NCBI GenBank assembly: GCA_945613785.1
Contig: CALZAJ010000001.1
Span: forward strand, 1-40,363
Length of the DNA: 40,363 bases
Source of the DNA: an uncultured Verrucomicrobiota bacterium
Lineage (GTDB): Bacteria; Verrucomicrobiota; Kiritimatiellia; RFP12; UBA1067
Reading direction: 5' to 3'
The notes under the pieces were generated by a model that made no database searches, was not told the DNA's origin, and saw only the letters and a list, made by a program, of their open reading frames with translations. Positions 1-6,673 of the stretch are shown one piece after another. Every line of letters begins with the position of its first letter. Position 1 is the stretch's first letter. A program made the translations under genes and the position numbers.

Positions 1-613
1 CGTACTTGAGGAAAATCAGCGGAATCGCCCAGAAGGCGCTGCGAAACGTTGTGCGTCCGCTCTCGGGTCCGTTCGGACACAGCTTCACGATCACACCACA
101 GATGACGGCGGTCGCAATCACGACCGCCGGATTGAGACCGAGTACAGCCAGCGCGAAAGTCGCAAGCGCCATCACGCAATAGCCATAACCTCCCGTGACG
201 CTCTTCGTCCAGCCGCGGATGACCATGGCGGCGATGATGCCGGTCAACGCCGCGCGGAGGCCCATGAAGGCCGCCGCGAGGAACCGGTTGCCGAGAGGAA
301 TCATCTGATAGCCTGCCGCCACAATCGAGAAGATGATGACGCTGGGAAGCAAGACGCCGACGAGCGCGCAGATCGCCCCAGGAATGCCGGCGACCTTTCG
401 TCCGACATAGACGGCCGTATTGCCGGCAATGATGCCAGGAATCATCTGAAAGATCGGCAGGTGGCTGACGATTTCGCCTTCTTCGGTCCACTTGCGTTTC
501 TTGGCGAAGACCTCATCCGCCACTGCCAAGATGGCAAAGCCGCCACCGACCACGCAGAGCGCGATCTTGAACATCTCCCAGAAGAGCAACCAGAGTTTCC
601 TCACGTCAGACAT
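1..613 (-). CDS. chrA: Chromate transporter (CHR/ChrA family), C-terminal part cut by window edge
   Basis: Not in the ORF track because it runs off the window. Manual translation from the ATG at 613 gives MSDVRKLWLLFWEMFKIALCVVGGGFAILAVADEVFAKKRKWTEEGEIVSHLPIFQMIPG... It is a polytopic membrane protein with the VVGGG(F)A N-terminal signature I associate with CHR transporters. Confidence 0.6.
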   Translation of the reverse strand, partial: MSDVRKLWLLFWEMFKIALCVVGGGFAILAVADEVFAKKRKWTEEGEIVSHLPIFQMIPGIIAGNTAVYVGRKVAGIPGAICALVGVLLPSVIIFSIVAAGYQMIPLGNRFLAAAFMGLRAALTGIIAAMVIRGWTKSVTGGYGYCVMALATFALAVLGLNPAVVIATAVICGVIVKLCPNGPESGRTTFRSAFWAIPLIFLKY

Positions 614-628
614 TCCAACCTCTCACCC

Positions 629-1099
629 TCAGATCGCGAGCCGGCGAGCCAGCTCCGCACAGGCGACGGCATCATAAAGTCCGTCGTGCCAGGTGCGTCC
701 GTCCATCTGCGGCACGCAGCCGAACATCGCGCACAAATCGCCCAACTTGTAGCTCGGCAACTTCGGATAACGAGCCTTGGCAAGTTTCATCGTATCGACC
801 CACGGCCCCCACTTCGTCAGCGGCGCAACCCGCGTCAGAATCGTTTTCTCACAGGCGATGTTATGGGCGACGAGTCGCTGTCCCATCAATCGCGGCGCCC
901 AGGTTTCAAAGGAGCTTTGCAGCGTCCCGAGCGCATCCGATTCGTGTGCGCGTGCCGGTGCCCCCTCCACATCAAAGAACCATTCGCCCGTCTCAACGAT
1001 CTGACCTTCCCGCACCACGGCAAAGCCCAGCTGCCAGGGTTCGTTAACGTTGCCGTTCTCGTACCCTGTCGTCTCGAAGTCTATGGCGACGAATTCCAT
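629..1099 (-). CDS. DEDDh 3'-5' exonuclease (DnaQ/epsilon-like)
   Basis: 156 aa with Exo I IDFETTG, Exo II LVAHNIACE and Exo III HDGLYDA motifs. ATG confirmed at 1097-1099. Confidence 0.8.
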   Translation of the reverse strand: MEFVAIDFETTGYENGNVNEPWQLGFAVVREGQIVETGEWFFDVEGAPARAHESDALGTLQSSFETWAPRLMGQRLVAHNIACEKTILTRVAPLTKWGPWVDTMKLAKARYPKLPSYKLGDLCAMFGCVPQMDGRTWHDGLYDAVACAELARRLAI

Positions 1100-1165
1100 G
1101 GTGAGTTTTTAATTGCCTGATTGGAAATCGGAGGATTGAAGCCCGTGCACGTTCTGAGAGAGCAA

Positions 1166-1918
1166 CTAGCCCAGCGTTTCAACGACCTTGAGGGCCTGGA
1201 AAGTCTCTTTAACGTCATGGACACGGACGACCGAAGCGCCCTTCATAGCCGACCAGACGGCAATGCCCAGGTTTCCGCCAAGGTTCTTTCCCGTCATCTT
1301 CTCGCCCGTCAGTTTCTTGACGATTCGCTTCCGACTCGCCCCAACCAACACCTTTCCAAGCTTTGCCAGCTCGGGGACAGACCCCAACAATTCGATATCT
1401 TCCTCGCGGGAGGTTCCGAATCCGATCATCGGATCAAGATACACCTTCTCGATTCCAATCTGCCCCAGAACTCCGTCCAAGACGTTGGGGACAGACCCCG
1501 AAATCGTGGGGACAGACCCCGACAGTCGGTGAGGAATTATCAGTTCTGCGCCACTTTTTGCACAGATACGCGCCATTGCCACGGCTGGGTCGGCATAAAC
1601 GCAGTTAATAATCTGCACGCCGAGGTCCACGGAGCGCTCCGCCGTTTCGGGATGATAGGTATCCACCGAGAGGGGGACAGACCCCATCATCTCTGGGGAC
1701 AGACCCCGCAGAACCGGTTCAAGGCGGGACCATTCTTCCTCCCAGGTGAGGGGGACAGACCCCGGCCGGGTAGACTCTCCGCCAAGATCGATGATCTCCG
1801 CACCATCGGCGATGAGATTCTTCACGCGGCGAATGGCTTCTTCTGGTTTGTAGAATTGTCCGCCGTCCGAAAACGAATCTGGCGTGACGTTGACAATACC
1901 CATTACCTTGCAGGACAT
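1166..1918 (-). CDS. folP: Dihydropteroate synthase
   Basis: 250 aa. All canonical DHPS blocks are intact: GIVNVTPDSFSDGG, GGESTRPG, SVDT, DPMIGFG, GASRKR, RVHDV. Confidence 0.95.
   Translation of the reverse strand: MSCKVMGIVNVTPDSFSDGGQFYKPEEAIRRVKNLIADGAEIIDLGGESTRPGSVPLTWEEEWSRLEPVLRGLSPEMMGSVPLSVDTYHPETAERSVDLGVQIINCVYADPAVAMARICAKSGAELIIPHRLSGSVPTISGSVPNVLDGVLGQIGIEKVYLDPMIGFGTSREEDIELLGSVPELAKLGKVLVGASRKRIVKKLTGEKMTGKNLGGNLGIAVWSAMKGASVVRVHDVKETFQALKVVETLG
1373..1763 (+). repeat. Array of six perfect copies of the 13-mer GGGGACAGACCCC inside folP (antisense to the gene)
   Basis: Copies at 1373-1385, 1487-1499, 1508-1520, 1673-1685, 1695-1707 and 1751-1763, all in the same orientation. 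In the folP frame five copies read GSVP and one reads GLSP. Confidence 0.95.
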
Positions 1919-1999
1919 AACCGTGTAAATTGTTTGATTGTTGAATTCTTTGATTGGTTAATTGGTTGATTTCCGGAGGCCTTCGCCATTCACCGTTCG

Positions 2000-2641
2000 C
2001 TACAATCCGAGGGTCAGTTGGGAAACGGGACCGAAGCTACGGCGGTGCTCAGGGCAGGGGCCGAGTTTGGCGAGGGCCTCGAAGTGAGCCTTGGTGGGAT
2101 ATCCTTTATGCTGAGCGAAGCCATAACCAGGGTAAAGCTTCTCCAAACGAAGGCAATCCGCGTCACGCGCTGTCTTAGCGAGGATTGAGGCAGCCGCGAT
2201 AAAGAGTGATTTTGCGTCGCCTTTGATCACATTCTGCGCATCAGGGAGCGTGGAGACCGCCAGCCCGTCTACTAGGATGTGGGGTCTGTCCCCAGTCGTT
2301 AGGAGTTTAGCGGCGACTTCATCCGCGGCGCGCTTCATTGCGACGTGGGTCGCGCGAAGGATGTTGAGTTGATCGATTTCAGCAGGACTCGCACTGGCAA
2401 TCGCCCAGGTGCATCCAGGTGTCGTCTTGATGATTTCGGCGAGTTTCTCGCGCTTTTTCTCAGTCAGCTTCTTGGAATCGTTGATTTCAGACCAGGCGCC
2501 CGTCAGTAGGTCTTCGGCTAGCGCGAGAGGGACAGAGACGGCCGCCGTGTAGACACCCCCGACAAGAGGTCCGCGACCAGCCTCATCGATACCCATGACG
2601 GGATCACCGAGCTGCCGCTCAAGCTCGAGCGAAACGGCCAT
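2000..2641 (-). CDS. rnhB: Ribonuclease HII
   Basis: 213 aa with the GIDEAGRGPLVGGV N-terminal catalytic block and a DSKKL motif. ATG at 2639-2641. Confidence 0.95.
   Translation of the reverse strand: MAVSLELERQLGDPVMGIDEAGRGPLVGGVYTAAVSVPLALAEDLLTGAWSEINDSKKLTEKKREKLAEIIKTTPGCTWAIASASPAEIDQLNILRATHVAMKRAADEVAAKLLTTGDRPHILVDGLAVSTLPDAQNVIKGDAKSLFIAAASILAKTARDADCLRLEKLYPGYGFAQHKGYPTKAHFEALAKLGPCPEHRRSFGPVSQLTLGL
2281..2293 (-). repeat. Dispersed perfect copy of the 13-mer (reads GGGGTCTGTCCCC on the plus strand)
   Basis: Lies inside rnhB. In the rnhB sense strand it reads GGGGACAGACCCC and encodes TGDRPH. Confidence 0.95.
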
Positions 2642-2925
2642 CAGTCGACCCTTTCGAGTCCGTCGGGGAGCGGACGGTTTGCAATCTCCAGCAACTGGTC
2701 TAACTTGGACTCGATCCGTTTCATTGTCGCGGCCGATTCTTCGGCCTTGCGAAGGAGCTGATCGGCGCGAACGTCGATTTTTGCCTGAATCACTCTCGAC
2801 TCGTCAGCGGTCTTGTCGTAGACGGCGCGATTGGAGACGCCGCCCGTGGAGAACCAGACTGCGAATAACACGATTAGCAGCAGCAAAACGACCAACCAAG
2901 GCATGAATTTGCGAAACTTCTTCAT
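2641..2925 (-). CDS. Small membrane-anchored coiled-coil protein, function unknown
   Basis: I prefer the internal ATG at 2923-2925 (MKKFRKFMPWLVVLLLLIVLFAVW...) over the 140-aa ORF-track start. It has one N-terminal TM helix followed by a charged helical tail. Its stop overlaps the rnhB start (TGATG). Confidence 0.5.
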   Translation of the reverse strand: MKKFRKFMPWLVVLLLLIVLFAVWFSTGGVSNRAVYDKTADESRVIQAKIDVRADQLLRKAEESAATMKRIESKLDQLLEIANRPLPDGLERVD

Positions 2926-2971
2926 ATCAAGCGTCCTCTCCGTGCTATTATACCAAATCACCGATTTGAGA

Positions 2972-2980
2972 TGGTATAAT
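2972..2980 (+). promoter_or_regulatory. Extended -10 element (TGgTATAAT) only 8 nt upstream of the L,D-transpeptidase ATG
   Basis: The sequence is atggTATAATatcggccgATG, and there is no Shine-Dalgarno between the box and the start codon. Confidence 0.35.
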
Positions 2981-2988
2981 ATCGGCCG

Positions 2989-3885
2989 ATGACACTGATT
3001 GCCGTCACACTGTTGGCTGCCACAACTTTTGCGGAAACGCCAAGCCTTTCCCGTCAGATTCAAATGGATCGGGCCGGGTTCTCATGCAATACGATTGACG
3101 GTGTCTGGGGCGGCAAATCCGAGCGGGCCGCGCGGAAGTTTCTGGATACGGGGCATTTCTTCGACAGCGACATCTCGGCGACAAATCTGCTCTCATATGT
3201 GACGGTGACGCAGGAAGACCTCGACGCACTTGTCCGCATCCCCAATGATCCGGCGGCGAAGGCCGAATTGACGACGATGGGCTACGAGACGATCAAGGAG
3301 ATGTTTGCCGAACGCGGGCATCTCTCCCAGCGGGCTCTCGAGCGGCTGAATCCTAATCTGAATTGGAATGGCATTCAGGCGGGAACGCGCATCCGCATGC
3401 CGATCTTCCCGACGATGGACGAGGAGTTCAACGTGTGGCCGAAGGGTCGCCCTGGGGCGACCAAGCGTCCTGAAGCGGACGAAATCCGCATTTCGCTGTC
3501 GCGTTTTGAAATTGCCGTCTTCGACAAGGCGGGCAAGCAGTTAGCGCTATTCCCCTGTTCGATTGCGAAGAACAAGACAAAGCTTCCGCCGCACGGCGAG
3601 CTCCGCATCACCGAGACGGTGGCGCGTCCCAACTACACCTACACGCCTGATCAGACGCCGGCGGGCAAGAGGGTCAAGCGCTACATCTTTCCGCCGGGAC
3701 CGAATTGTCCGGTCGGCGTCGCCTGGCTCGGCCTGAATCTTCCTGGCTACGGCATTCACGGCACGCCGCGTCCGGAATCAATCGGCAATGCCGAATCCCA
3801 CGGCTGCTTCCGTCTTTCGAACTGGAACGCCGCTCGCCTCTACGGCCTGTGTCCATCCGGCACACGTGTGATCGTAGAGGACTGA
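2989..3885 (+). CDS. L,D-transpeptidase (YkuD domain) with an N-terminal peptidoglycan-binding-like domain
   Basis: Signal peptide MTLIAVTLLAATTFA. Catalytic motif HGTPRPESIGNAESHGCFRLSNWNA (the H...SHGC signature). N-terminal DGVWGGKSERAARKF resembles a PG-binding domain. Confidence 0.9.
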   Translation: MTLIAVTLLAATTFAETPSLSRQIQMDRAGFSCNTIDGVWGGKSERAARKFLDTGHFFDSDISATNLLSYVTVTQEDLDALVRIPNDPAAKAELTTMGYETIKEMFAERGHLSQRALERLNPNLNWNGIQAGTRIRMPIFPTMDEEFNVWPKGRPGATKRPEADEIRISLSRFEIAVFDKAGKQLALFPCSIAKNKTKLPPHGELRITETVARPNYTYTPDQTPAGKRVKRYIFPPGPNCPVGVAWLGLNLPGYGIHGTPRPESIGNAESHGCFRLSNWNAARLYGLCPSGTRVIVED

Positions 3886-3917
3886 GAAAAAAGGCTCTCG
3901 CCGCCTTCACATCCAAC

Positions 3918-3953
3918 CTCCGTTTCGTACACCCAAGAGTTTACGAAACGGAG
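3918..3953. terminator. Hairpin between convergent genes (bidirectional terminator candidate)
   Basis: Perfect 12-bp arms around a 12-nt loop: CTCCGTTTCGTA-N12-TACGAAACGGAG. It sits between the ldt stop (3885) and the dfx stop (3977). Confidence 0.6.
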
Positions 3954-3976
3954 ATGAGAATTCGATTCGGCTTCCG

Positions 3977-4381
3977 TTAAGATTGCGTTCGGGAGCTATC
4001 ATTCTCGCGGTAAGTCAGGAGCCACAAGCCGTGCAGGTTGCAGTACGCGTAGATGCGGAGCGGCTCATCGTTCGGGAGGAGGGAGAACTGGGCTTCGGGG
4101 TAACAGCAGGGCTTCAGGTACTTGAGCTGGCAGCCCGCCTTCGTCTCCACGGCGATCCAGTCGATGTGATGCGCCTCGGTCATCGGATGCTCGCGCGTCC
4201 CGACCCGCACCCAGATGACGCCCTTCTCGACCGAACAGACCGGAACGTGCTTCTCCCGATCGCCGTCCGTCGCCTCGGGAATCAGTTCCTGCATCGTCTC
4301 GCCGCAACAGACCAGCTCCGCCGCGGTCTCCGCGACTGGACACACGATCTTTCCACACTTCGCACACCGATAGAATTTCAT
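3977..4381 (-). CDS. dfx: Desulfoferrodoxin (2Fe superoxide reductase)
   Basis: 134 aa. The N-terminal desulforedoxin-like part has CAKCGK...CCGE cysteines. The C-terminal SOR domain has EKHVP, HPMTEAHHI and CNLHGLW. Confidence 0.9.
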   Translation of the reverse strand: MKFYRCAKCGKIVCPVAETAAELVCCGETMQELIPEATDGDREKHVPVCSVEKGVIWVRVGTREHPMTEAHHIDWIAVETKAGCQLKYLKPCCYPEAQFSLLPNDEPLRIYAYCNLHGLWLLTYRENDSSRTQS

Positions 4382-4534
4382 ACGCCGCCTCCTTCCTTAA
4401 GTGGATGTCAACGGCGCACAGTATACAGGCTTCCCCGACAACCTGTCGGTCGCAATTAGAACGCTTCAGCGGATTCAATCGCCTCGCTTTATCGCACGGG
4501 CGGCCTCCGAGCCGGACACGCCGTGCCGCGGCCG

Positions 4535-5407
4535 TCAGGACAGGATCGCGCCGAGATTCGCCATGATGCGGTTGGCGACGGCAGGCTTGTTCATCGTATA
4601 GACGTGCACGTTGTCGACGCCGTTGGCGAAAAGATCGACGATCTGCTCGGTCACATGGGCGATGCCCGCCTCGAGCATGGCGTCGGGATTGTCGCCGAAG
4701 CGGTCCACGATCGCACGGAAGCGCGGCGGCAGAAGCGTGCCCGAAAGCTTGCAGATGCGGGTGATCTGCTTCGCGTTGGTGACGGGCATTACGCCCGCAA
4801 CCACGGGAACCTTGATGCCAGCGGAGCGGATCTTCGCAAGATAGGCGTAAAGGATGTTGTTGTCGAAGAACATCTGTGTCGTCAGGAAATCGAGCCCCGC
4901 GTCCACCTTGTCCTTCAGGTGCGCGATGTCATCCTTCAGGTGCGCGCACTCGGGATGCCCTTCCGGATAGCAGGCGCCGCCCAGGCAGAACCCGGGATAG
5001 TACTGCTTCAGGTAGCGGACGAGCTCGGACGCGTGCTTGAAGTAGCCGGGCGGAACCGCCTCGGCATCCGGCGGCAGGTCGCCACGCAGCGCGAGGACGT
5101 TCGTGATGCCAAGGGACTTCATCTTCGCCGCTTCCGCGGCAATGCCCTCGCGCGTCGCCATCACGCAGGTGAGGTGGGCGAGCGCCGTCACCCCGCAATC
5201 GCGCTGCACGTAATCGGCGATAGCGCTCGTATTCGCACTCGACGTGCCGCCGGCGGCGCCGTAGGTGACGGACATGAACGCAGGCTTCGCCGCGGCGAGT
5301 TCGCGCACGGCGTCCTTGACGGGATCGAGCGGCATGTCGCGCTTCGGAGGGAACACTTCGAACGAGACGCTGGGCTTGCCAGAACTGACGATATCCTTGA
5401 TCTTCAT
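4535..5407 (-). CDS. metF: 5,10-methylenetetrahydrofolate reductase
   Basis: Start set at the ATG at 5405-5407 (MKIKDIVSSGKPSVSFEVFPPK...), giving 290 aa, a typical MetF length. Motifs include SVTYGAGG, the LTC block and LRGD. The longer ORF-track start adds an implausible N-terminus. Confidence 0.9.
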   Translation of the reverse strand: MKIKDIVSSGKPSVSFEVFPPKRDMPLDPVKDAVRELAAAKPAFMSVTYGAAGGTSSANTSAIADYVQRDCGVTALAHLTCVMATREGIAAEAAKMKSLGITNVLALRGDLPPDAEAVPPGYFKHASELVRYLKQYYPGFCLGGACYPEGHPECAHLKDDIAHLKDKVDAGLDFLTTQMFFDNNILYAYLAKIRSAGIKVPVVAGVMPVTNAKQITRICKLSGTLLPPRFRAIVDRFGDNPDAMLEAGIAHVTEQIVDLFANGVDNVHVYTMNKPAVANRIMANLGAILS

Positions 5408-5491
5408 AGAATTGGTTAATAGTCTATCATTTTCAGCCCTTCTAGACCAATAGGTTCGAACCCCGCAGCATTCATAGGTCAATTCTATGGC

Positions 5492-5528
5492 AAAAAAAGT
5501 CACCCGAACTCCACTTCCAGAGTCCGGG
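5492..5528 (-). terminator. Rho-independent terminator after the outer-membrane protein gene
   Basis: On the minus strand it reads CCCGGACTC-tggaagtg-GAGTTCGGG-tgac-TTTTTTT: a 9-bp stem with one mismatch plus a T7 run. Confidence 0.6.
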
Positions 5529-5568
5529 CGCCTGGGTATTTCAACAACAAAGGAAACGAATGGCAGGC

Positions 5569-6465
5569 TTAGAAGCTGAGCGTCGCGGAAAGACCGGCGA
5601 CGACGTTCCAGCTCTCATCCCAGCGGCCCGTGCCCTCGTAGCCGCGGGACGCACGACGGATGTCGCGATCGAACAGGAAGTCCGAGTAGCCGACGTAGCC
5701 GCCGATCTCGAGATTGTCGCAGACGGACCAGGTGAGCTCGAGCTTGAGCATCGTGTCCATGAGTCCGTTCTTGTTCGCATCCCCGACATACGCCTTGACG
5801 CGCTCGCAGTTGCCGAAGCCCTGCGCGATGGAAGGCCGCAGCGCGAGCGTCTCGTCATCCTCTCCCAGCAGGTTGAAGGAATGGCCGATCTCCATGCTGA
5901 CATAGGTGCCGTTGTCGCGGATTACGTCACGCTCGATGGAGAGCGCCGGTTCGAACCAGAGATCCGGCAGCGAGAGGCTCAGCGTCCAGAACTGCGTATC
6001 GTCGTCCGCACCGGCATCACGCTCGCCGTGACGTGCCTTCGCGCCGGGATGGTACTCGTAAAGGTAGTTGAGTCCGATCTCGACCGTCGTGGGCAGCCAC
6101 GTGACGTCTTCTGGCGAAAAGGCATGGGAGATCCCCACGTACGGATGAAGCTCTGTGTACTTGCCGCCGCGGTTGCCGTAGCCCGCCTGGCGTCCGTACT
6201 TCGTCATGTCGAAGATCGCCTCGGCGCCGACCGTCACGAGATCGAAGAACGTGATTTCCGCCGACGGCGTCAGGATCGGATCGCGGTTATCCACGAAGCC
6301 ATAGCTCAGGTACTTGGAGTCGAAGGCGAGCGAGAACGACGCGGAAACGACCGGCGTCTCCTCGGTTTCTCCCTTCTCCGCTTCGGCCACAACCTCATCG
6401 ACCGCCGTCGCGAGCGAAACACCGCCGCACACCGCGGCTGCACACATGATTGCTTTGAGTTTCAT
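5569..6465 (-). CDS. Putative outer-membrane beta-barrel protein (last gene of the feo cluster)
   Basis: Signal peptide MKLKAIMCAAAVCGGVSLATA. The body has alternating aromatic and hydrophobic strands rich in Y and G. The C-terminus ...GLSATLSF ends in Phe, as in OMP beta-signals. I recognise no specific family with certainty. Confidence 0.5.
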   Translation of the reverse strand: MKLKAIMCAAAVCGGVSLATAVDEVVAEAEKGETEETPVVSASFSLAFDSKYLSYGFVDNRDPILTPSAEITFFDLVTVGAEAIFDMTKYGRQAGYGNRGGKYTELHPYVGISHAFSPEDVTWLPTTVEIGLNYLYEYHPGAKARHGERDAGADDDTQFWTLSLSLPDLWFEPALSIERDVIRDNGTYVSMEIGHSFNLLGEDDETLALRPSIAQGFGNCERVKAYVGDANKNGLMDTMLKLELTWSVCDNLEIGGYVGYSDFLFDRDIRRASRGYEGTGRWDESWNVVAGLSATLSF

Positions 6466-6493
6466 TGACTTGTTCCTTTTGATAGTTTATTGT

Positions 6494-6649
6494 TCACTTG
6501 GCGCGCTTCCGTGCGTTCGGGCAGCCCGCGCAGCCGCCGGAGCACTTGCCGTCACAGAGGCACGGAGTCCCCTTCTTGTGGACTCGCCAGAGGGCGAGTG
6601 CCACAAGTCCGAGGAGCACGACCAGCACACAGATGGATCCGAGGTTCAT
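6494..6649 (-). CDS. FeoB-associated Cys-rich small membrane protein (51 aa; below the ORF-track length cut-off)
   Basis: Manual translation gives MNLGSICVLVVLLGLVALALWRVHKKGTPCLCDGKCSGGCAGCPNARKRAK. It has one TM helix plus a C-terminal Cys/Gly cluster and lies 24 nt downstream of feoB, matching the architecture of the FeoB-associated Cys-rich family. Confidence 0.7.
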   Translation of the reverse strand: MNLGSICVLVVLLGLVALALWRVHKKGTPCLCDGKCSGGCAGCPNARKRAK

Positions 6650-6673
6650 GGCTCTTTATCCTTATCTGACGTG

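Noticed and set aside
1373-1763. Could the 13-mer array be a CRISPR array or a tandem repeat?
   Set aside because: The repeat unit is only 13 nt and the spacers are irregular (8 to 152 nt). The whole region is an intact, conserved folP coding sequence, and there are no cas genes in the window.
1121-1969. 282-aa plus-strand ORF running antisense across all of folP, with a repeated GDRP peptide.
   Set aside because: It is the mirror image of a fully conserved folP frame. The GDRP repeats are simply the 13-mer translated on the other strand. Long antisense ORFs are expected in GC-rich DNA.
1930-1972. AT-rich run of TTGATT(G) repeats upstream of folP. Similar TTGATT repeats lie at 26636-26661.
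   Set aside because: The first is plausibly just the AT-rich folP promoter and UP region. The second lies inside the intact deoC coding frame ([12 protein letters not shown]). The repeats are too short and degenerate to call as a repeat family.
5453-5464. GGTTCGAACCCC, a tRNA T-arm-like string between metF and the OMP gene.
   Set aside because: The flanking sequence cannot form a T-stem, acceptor stem or anticodon arm on either strand. It is not a tRNA or a convincing tRNA remnant.
5408-5491. SAM, SAH or other riboswitch upstream of metF.
   Set aside because: The region is short (about 85 nt after the upstream terminator), and I can recognise no conserved riboswitch core sequences or convincing multi-helix structure.
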